Shown here: positions 57,401 to 64,000 of the stretch, piece after piece
How the letters are laid out: every line of letters begins with the position of its first letter
Position numbering within the stretch: position 1 is the stretch's first letter
Assembly: GCF_009914755.1 (NCBI RefSeq)
Contig: NC_060929.1
Reading direction: 5' to 3' (one strand)
DNA length: 64,000 nt
Source of the DNA: the human T2T-CHM13v2.0 reference genome, Homo sapiens
Program-made: the position numbers and the translations under genes
The notes under the pieces: model-generated
Told to the model about the DNA's origin: nothing
The model's database searches: none
What the model saw: only the letters and a program-made list of their open reading frames with translations

Positions 57401-58954
57401 TACCAATCCATAAAAGGTGAGTCTAGAGATTCTCAACAGATATTGTATGGCTGCCCAGATATTTTACTGATGTCCAGTGCAGCTTATATTTGAAAGACGT
57501 AAGTTTCAATTAAAAAAAACTATAAGATCTTTCAAAAACACTCAGAAAGTGTTTTATATTCTTCCTGAGTGACAGTTACATTTCAACCATCCATGACATT
57601 TTTCATCATTCTTGCAAGCATAGATAGAAATTATACTGGCTTTGAATTGTCATTCTGAATTGCACCAAATGAGATAATGGCTACTCACTCTGATTGCTCT
57701 ATAGATTTTATAGGCAGCTGATACTACTGAATTTTTAGTTCTAAAACAAGAAAATTGTTAAACTTTTGAGCTAAGAAATTTTGCTCATTTTTGTCTATTT
57801 TTCTCTGCTTGCTAGAGTTTTATAAACTCAGGACTTCCTTTACCTCAGCTCTAATGCAATGAGGTTCTTGATTTCCTAAGCAACTAAGCAAGAAACCTTA
57901 GAATGTACCTTACTTGCTTCTTACTGTCAAATCACTTAAGAGTGTTGCTGATCGTTAAAGCCTACAACTCAGGCTTTTTTTTTCTTTTTTCTGAAAGGTA
58001 TATTGATAGAAAGGTCAAGCTGGCATTAACTAATAATTCCATTATTCATTGAGAAATTATGTCTTATCTGTACTGAGTGAAGTGATTTTAGTACAGGAGA
58101 CAATGTACAAGGATTTTCCTACTTCTGTTGAAGGTGATGTGCATGTGAGTGTTACATACTTCTGCTTGTGGGCTTCAGGTACAACAAATCACTTTGTGTC
58201 CCAATATGGTAACCTGTAATTATCCTCAGCTTGGATGCAATAACCTTTACAACAAACATCTTCAATTTCTTATTTTTCACAGTGCTCTACCAGGGGAATG
58301 AGTTAAAGGTGGGTATGTTTGTATAAAGGTATCTAAGCAGAATTTGGAGTAGTAATTTGGCAAAATTTTCCAAGACAGTAGTAGTATGAGAAGGGTCATG
58401 ACAACATTTATGGACTTGAAGATATACTAAGCATTTCCGGTCTGAGTGGCTTCTGCCATAAAGTTGACTGCATCAAGGCAACTGGTTAACTTGAACCACT
58501 TAGGAGGTATAGGTGTTATACAAATGCAGTGTACTGTGCTTGGTTGGTACCATTTCTGCTTAATACTACTTACTTCAAATTCTGTATTTTCTTGCATTTG
58601 TAATACTTACAGGCTTTCTTTCCTTTAAATGTATATTACTTCTTTCTTGACATAAGAGTTTAATTATTTCTAGGGGTTTTTTATTAGTTGCTGTTAAAAC
58701 CATCTGATAAATCTAGAAGGTGATTTCAGTATCCTTTGAAATTTTTTTTCATTTTTGCCCTTCAATTAAACAATTAAATGTACTGAATTTTCCTAGGTTA
58801 TTCTTACATGCAAAACACCATATCAGTCAACATGGAAAACACAAAGTTGTATAAGACATAGTCGCTATCTTCAAGGGTCTTGTAATCTAGTAAGAACAGC
58901 AGTGAAGTGCACAAATAACAATAATTAAAGGCATACGGTGGTAAAAAATTGAAG

Positions 58955-59062
58955 GAGGATGAGGCAGGAAGATTGCTTGAGCCTAGAAATTCAAGGTTAC
59001 AGTGAGCTATGATTGCACCACTGCACTTCAGCCTGGGCAATAGAGTGAGATCCCGTTTCTAT
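58955..59062 (+). mobile_element. Alu right-monomer (FRAM/AluJ) fragment inside an L2 remnant
   Basis: gaggcaggaagattgcttgagcctag...cactgcacttcagcctgggcaatagagtgagatccc. Confidence 0.8.
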
Positions 59063-60489
59063 TTTTCTTAATTGAAAATGATATATAAATAAAATGCCAT
59101 AAAACATAAAAGAATAAGATTAACTATTAGTAAAGATAGGTGCAGGAAAAATGTTTATAGGAGAGTTGACATTTGATGTGGACATTGAAAGATATGCAAA
59201 ATTTTGATATGATAGCTTGTTGAAGCACAACAAGTGAAGAACAATAGTTGTAGTGATGGGCATAGATAAATGGTAGATTCAGGGAAGATCTTGTGAGTTC
59301 TTGAATGCTGTGCTAAAAACTTTGATTTCTATTCTGTTTATGCTTAAAAACAAAAACAAAACAACAACAACAAAAACACAAATATCCCAGGCTTAAGCAA
59401 GAAGGTGACATGATCATATCTCTTTTATTAAAAGTTCATTTTGGGGCTTCTGGTTTTACCTCTAACATGTAAAAATCTTGGTAATGTCACTTCCAGTCTT
59501 ACAACAAGGAAAACACTGCACAAATTGAAAACCAGTTATTTTTCTTGCACCCCTCAGAGAATTGAGGTCACAGGGCAAACTGCACCCTGATATCTGGAAA
59601 GACAGGCAAATATAGACTAAGACAGTTTTTCTTCCAAAAATATTTCACTGCCCACTATAATTCTTAGAAGAATCCTCCTTTATTCATCAATAAATGCTTC
59701 TAACCTTAAAATAATCTGTCAATGTTTTCTCTTTAGTGGTTTGCAGAGACTAACATAATGCCTAGAATAGAATAGATGCTCAATAAATGTTTGTTGAATG
59801 AGTGAATAAAAGACAATCTTTTAAATTAGCAATTTAATTTTTTTCTGAGCTTGCACCTCATCAATTAAAAAGAAATCAGTGATTCTCTATTCTCTATTTA
59901 TTTATTTATACAAGTTAGACATAATCTACCATTAAATAAAATGCATAATTTAAAATAACTAAAATATAGAAAAATTTGAAGTATCAGATGAAAAGGCATC
60001 AATGGAACTTATACCTTTTCTATACCTCCCTGCATTGTGTATTTTATACACCTCACTGTAGGAAATACTGATCTAAGGAAGGATTATTGCACATTATTGA
60101 ACAATCTAAGGGGTGATTATTCCACCCCTTACACTTTTTTTCAAAGTTCTAGCAAATAAGTAATCATGGACCAGCTCAATAGTAGTAGTTTAAGTCTACT
60201 TAAAGTGATTTTTAATATAGTGGTTTTCCTCAAAAACATTTAACTTTAACTCCGGTGATGTAATGTTCAGCAACAATGCAAATCATGAAGATTGTGTTAG
60301 AAACTTAAGATCCTCTTCCAAGAGCCCTGAAGTCTGTATGAGGTGCTAGAACACAAGTTCTCAACTACTTTCTTATTTCTATATTATCAAGTGTGAGATT
60401 GTCCTCCATGAGTTTCCCTATTTGTACTAAGTAAGGAGTATGACTGTTTTAATCCTTTCTGCCCCTTTTTGAGGTCATGGGAATTTTTA

Positions 60490-60598
60490 AAAATGTTTTT
60501 CGATTGACAAATAAAAATTGCATATTTTATGGTGTACAACATGATGTTTTGATATATGTATACATTGTGGAATGGCTAAATCAAACTAATTAACACAT
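60490..60598 (-). mobile_element. L1MA extreme 3' end
   Basis: attgacaaataaaaattgcatattttatggtgtacaacatgatgttttgatatatgtatacattgtggaatggctaaatcaa. Confidence 0.8.
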
Positions 60599-62094
60599 TC
60601 AACAGGGCGTTTTTGTTGCTGTTGTTACTATGGCTACCAACACTGTTATTTCCAATACCTTCCTCATAACAAATGAGACCAAGGCATTTCCAAGTGTGAT
60701 CTTGAATTCAGTAAAAACTAATAAACTTATTAAGGTTTAGAGTTGAAAAGGAGCTTAGAAGTCATCTAGTCCAACTCATTCAACATACAGATGGGGAAAC
60801 TGAAGTCTAAAGAGGTGTGATGAACTCTAATAAGGATGATAACATTCTTAGGGACAATGCCCAAATGGGCAAATATAATAAATTTTAGTGCTAGGTATCA
60901 GGTCTATTTTAATGCAGTTACTGAATTCTGTGGGTTTTAAAATATTTACTGACCCAACCATCTGCATGATCACATTTAATCTATTTCTTCTTCGTATCTG
61001 AATTCCTAGGAAGTCTGTGTTCACCTAGTTTTCAAATGCCTCAGCTCTCAGTCTGCACTGTGGTGAAAACTCCAAGGTATTTGTGAAGCACGTTGTTCTT
61101 GTTCTCCAATTCCCCCTAAACTCATCTTTTTATATACCCTTTACCAAATGACCCTTAGACATAAGTCTAGGCATTTACCAGTCACATCAAGTCATAATTT
61201 TTGGAAACAGTAAAATAAGGGGCAACTTTTATTCTTTGCCACATGAAATAGGGAATTTATTTCCCCATATAGTTTGGACACTTGACAGAAATCATCAATA
61301 TAAACTTAACACCAACTCTGGTATTACTGGCTTAACTTCACAAAAAGCCTTCCTCATCCCTGGCATTTTGTTACTCTCTCTATATATATGTTTGCTGCTG
61401 ATGGAAATGTAATTACCCAAACTTTTTTCATTATAATTAGTCTTGAAGTTCTTGTTTTTCTAAGGTATACTGCTTATATTCACAGGAGATCTTATCTAAT
61501 TCCATCTCTTGGTTCTAACAGTTGCTCCCAAATTGTAACTCAGCTGTAAGTCTTTTTAACTCACAGTAACAATTTCTAATGGATTTGTAATAGCCAACCA
61601 AGCAGTTAGGCTATATATTTTTGGAGGTTTTGTTATGTCTGTGGTTTTATCCTAACCATTAAATTCCTAACCAAAAATATATATTAAAACTTAAATTTAA
61701 AAACTTTTAAAGCTAAAGCATTTTTCAATGTTAGTGCTTCAAACCACTGATAAATTAGGTACCAAATTAAAATACTTCTCTAGCACTCATGAAATTCAAG
61801 TTAATTAAAACAAAATATATAGTATAATACCTATAAAAATATTAAATCATAGTTAAATGAACAAAAGGAAACATTATTTTATAAGAATGCCCTTTCTTCT
61901 CTAACTGCATTTTAAGTGTGAGATCTAAATAGAAAAAAGCACACAAAGTTTTCTTTACTATTTCTTTGTGTTAGCAAAGTGACTCTCTTTCTGTAATATC
62001 CTACATTTAGGATCACCAAAATCTAGCATATTAACTTCCATGCCTCAATATCACATAAGTCCAGAGGTTATGGATTACATAATCTTTATTCATT

Positions 62095-62218
62095 CTACTT
62101 TCTTCTTTATTTTTCTCTCTGTCTTCCCTCCCTCACACTTCATCCTCCTCACCCTTCCTCTTCCTCTTCTCTATTCTCCTCCTGCTCCCTTTCATCTTCC
62201 TTCTCCTCCTCTTCTTTT
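62095..62218. repeat. CT-rich low-complexity tract
   Basis: Direct read: a nearly pure pyrimidine tract. Confidence 0.85.
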
Positions 62219-62832
62219 TAAAAGGCTTCCAAGCCTAAATGTGGTTAGCCTACAGAAATGAAACCACCTCAGCCATCTCTGGATGACAAACTGCCAATAC
62301 ATTTACTTTGGGAGATTTGGAGGAGGAAACACGAGCAGGTGGTGTATTCACTAAGAAAGTGAGGAGTAGCAAGAATTCATGTTATGTAATAGAATTCAGT
62401 TACTTGGCATTTTTTCTTGTTGTTGATAATTACATGACCGATGTTTTTGCAAAAAGAAACTCACCCATATCAATTTTTTTGTCTTTGGCTTTTTCTCTCA
62501 CTAAAAATGTCCATAATATAAGTAAGATATCTAAAAGTCAAACCACATTTTAATTGGGTGAATTTTTAAAAAACTGACAGCTTTTTCTGCACTTGCTTCT
62601 TGACGTTAACCTCTCTTGCCACATCTTTTTCTCTTGTATTTGTAGCTATATTAGAGAGGGAGGCTGCATTCCTCGTTATTGAGTTTTTCTGCCCATTCCT
62701 TGTCAGAAGTTCTTTTTGATCTCTTCCCACCCTACACTGCATGGAATAATTGATGAGGGTTCAAAACAAATAGCAATTATGGGAGTCCTAATATTATATC
62801 TTCTTTAGAACTTCTTTGACTTTTCTGTAATA

Positions 62833-63422
62833 CAGCAGGTCTTTGAATAACGTGAATTTATTCAGCGTCATTTCTTTATGACATTGACAAGAAAAAAAAT
62901 GGATTCCTGGCTGGGGCCACTGTGTGTATGCAGTGCGCGTGGTCTCCCCACGTCTGCACAGGTTTTCTGTAGGTACTCCAGTTTCCCCCTACATCCCAAA
63001 GCTGTGCACGTGGGGTGACCTGGCATGGCTACCTCGTCCCAGTCTGAGTGAGTGGGGTTGTGTATGAGGGCATCTTGCAATGGAATGGCAATCCTGTCCA
63101 GGGCTGGTTCCTGTCTGACACCCTGAGTTTCTAAGAGACACTCTGGCCACCTGTCTCCTTGAACCAGCATAAGTGGGTAAATAATAATCTTACTGGTTTT
63201 TATTAATCTTTCTTAAACATATGAAGCTCATGAGTATTTTAGTGTTTAATATTAGAAGTATTTTGGTCTTTATTTAGAATTTTGATGATGATTTGTTACC
63301 AGAAATATGCCATAAGAGCCTAACTCTTAGTTATATCAATTAGCCTACTAAAATTGATTTCATTATATGTCATTTTGATTAAAGTTGCAATTTCCAATAC
63401 AATGTTAAATGAGGACTTTCTC
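62833..63422 (+). mobile_element. MER6A TcMar-Tigger element containing a V-SINE-like domain
   Basis: Starts TA-cagcaggtctttgaataacg, has the internal ctccccacgtctgc...ggtactccagtttcc...acatcccaaag, and ends gaggact. Confidence 0.85.
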
Positions 63423-64000
63423 TACCCTTGCCCCAGATTGCACCCTAAAAGTCAGACTTAACCTCATGTAAATTTTGAAAGGAATGAAAATTTGTCCCCT
63501 CCCCACCTCCCTTATCAGCCCCCCTTTTATTTCCCATTTCTGGAATCACTGTCTCTTTCACTATGCTTAGCTCTTCGATCTACGAGTTCCTGCACCCCCT
63601 ACCTGCTGACTGCTCCTAAGATGTTAACAGGTAACTTGGTGTAATTGAAATAAAGTGTGAGGTGTGATCCCTTCAGTCTCTGATGATCATCATGGTAATA
63701 GGGGGCTCCTCATTTCCAAAAGCTTTGAAGACTCAAAGAAAAGCAGCTTTTACAATGAATTGATAAGCATTGGGTTTCTATTTTCAAAGATTTTTTACAT
63801 AATGGTGGCCTATTCTGGTTATAAGCAACTGTCCTTTTAAATACTCATGCATTTTCCACCTGCACTACAAGTGAACAGAGTGATTTCCTCTTTTACACTT
63901 TGTGTGCAGTTTTATATACACACATGCACACAAACATTTATATTCATGTATCAAAGAATATGGTGTGGAAATTTCTAGTAGCTAGTATGGAAAAGCAAAT

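Overview
This is AT-rich primate (human-like) intergenic or intronic DNA made mostly of interspersed repeats, and I found no supported host protein-coding exon. The main elements are a full-length but inactivated L1PA2/3-type LINE-1 (41222-47244, minus) inserted into a MADE1 MITE and a solo ERV9 LTR12C (4457-6004, CTAC TSD). There are also three THE1 MaLR proviruses or fragments, about nine Alus, many old MaLR LTRs, L2/MIR/L1M remnants and DNA-transposon fossils. The most notable structures are two adjacent TSD-bounded insertions carrying non-L1 cargo (24378-24914 and 25729-26190, likely L1 3' transduction or twin priming). Also notable are several template-switch-type inverted micro-duplications, a recursive-splice-like motif and a possible unidentified decayed retrocopy. 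I found no convincing previously undescribed biological system. Subfamily names come from remembered consensus sequences and need RepeatMasker/Dfam confirmation. Boundaries of old repeats are approximate.
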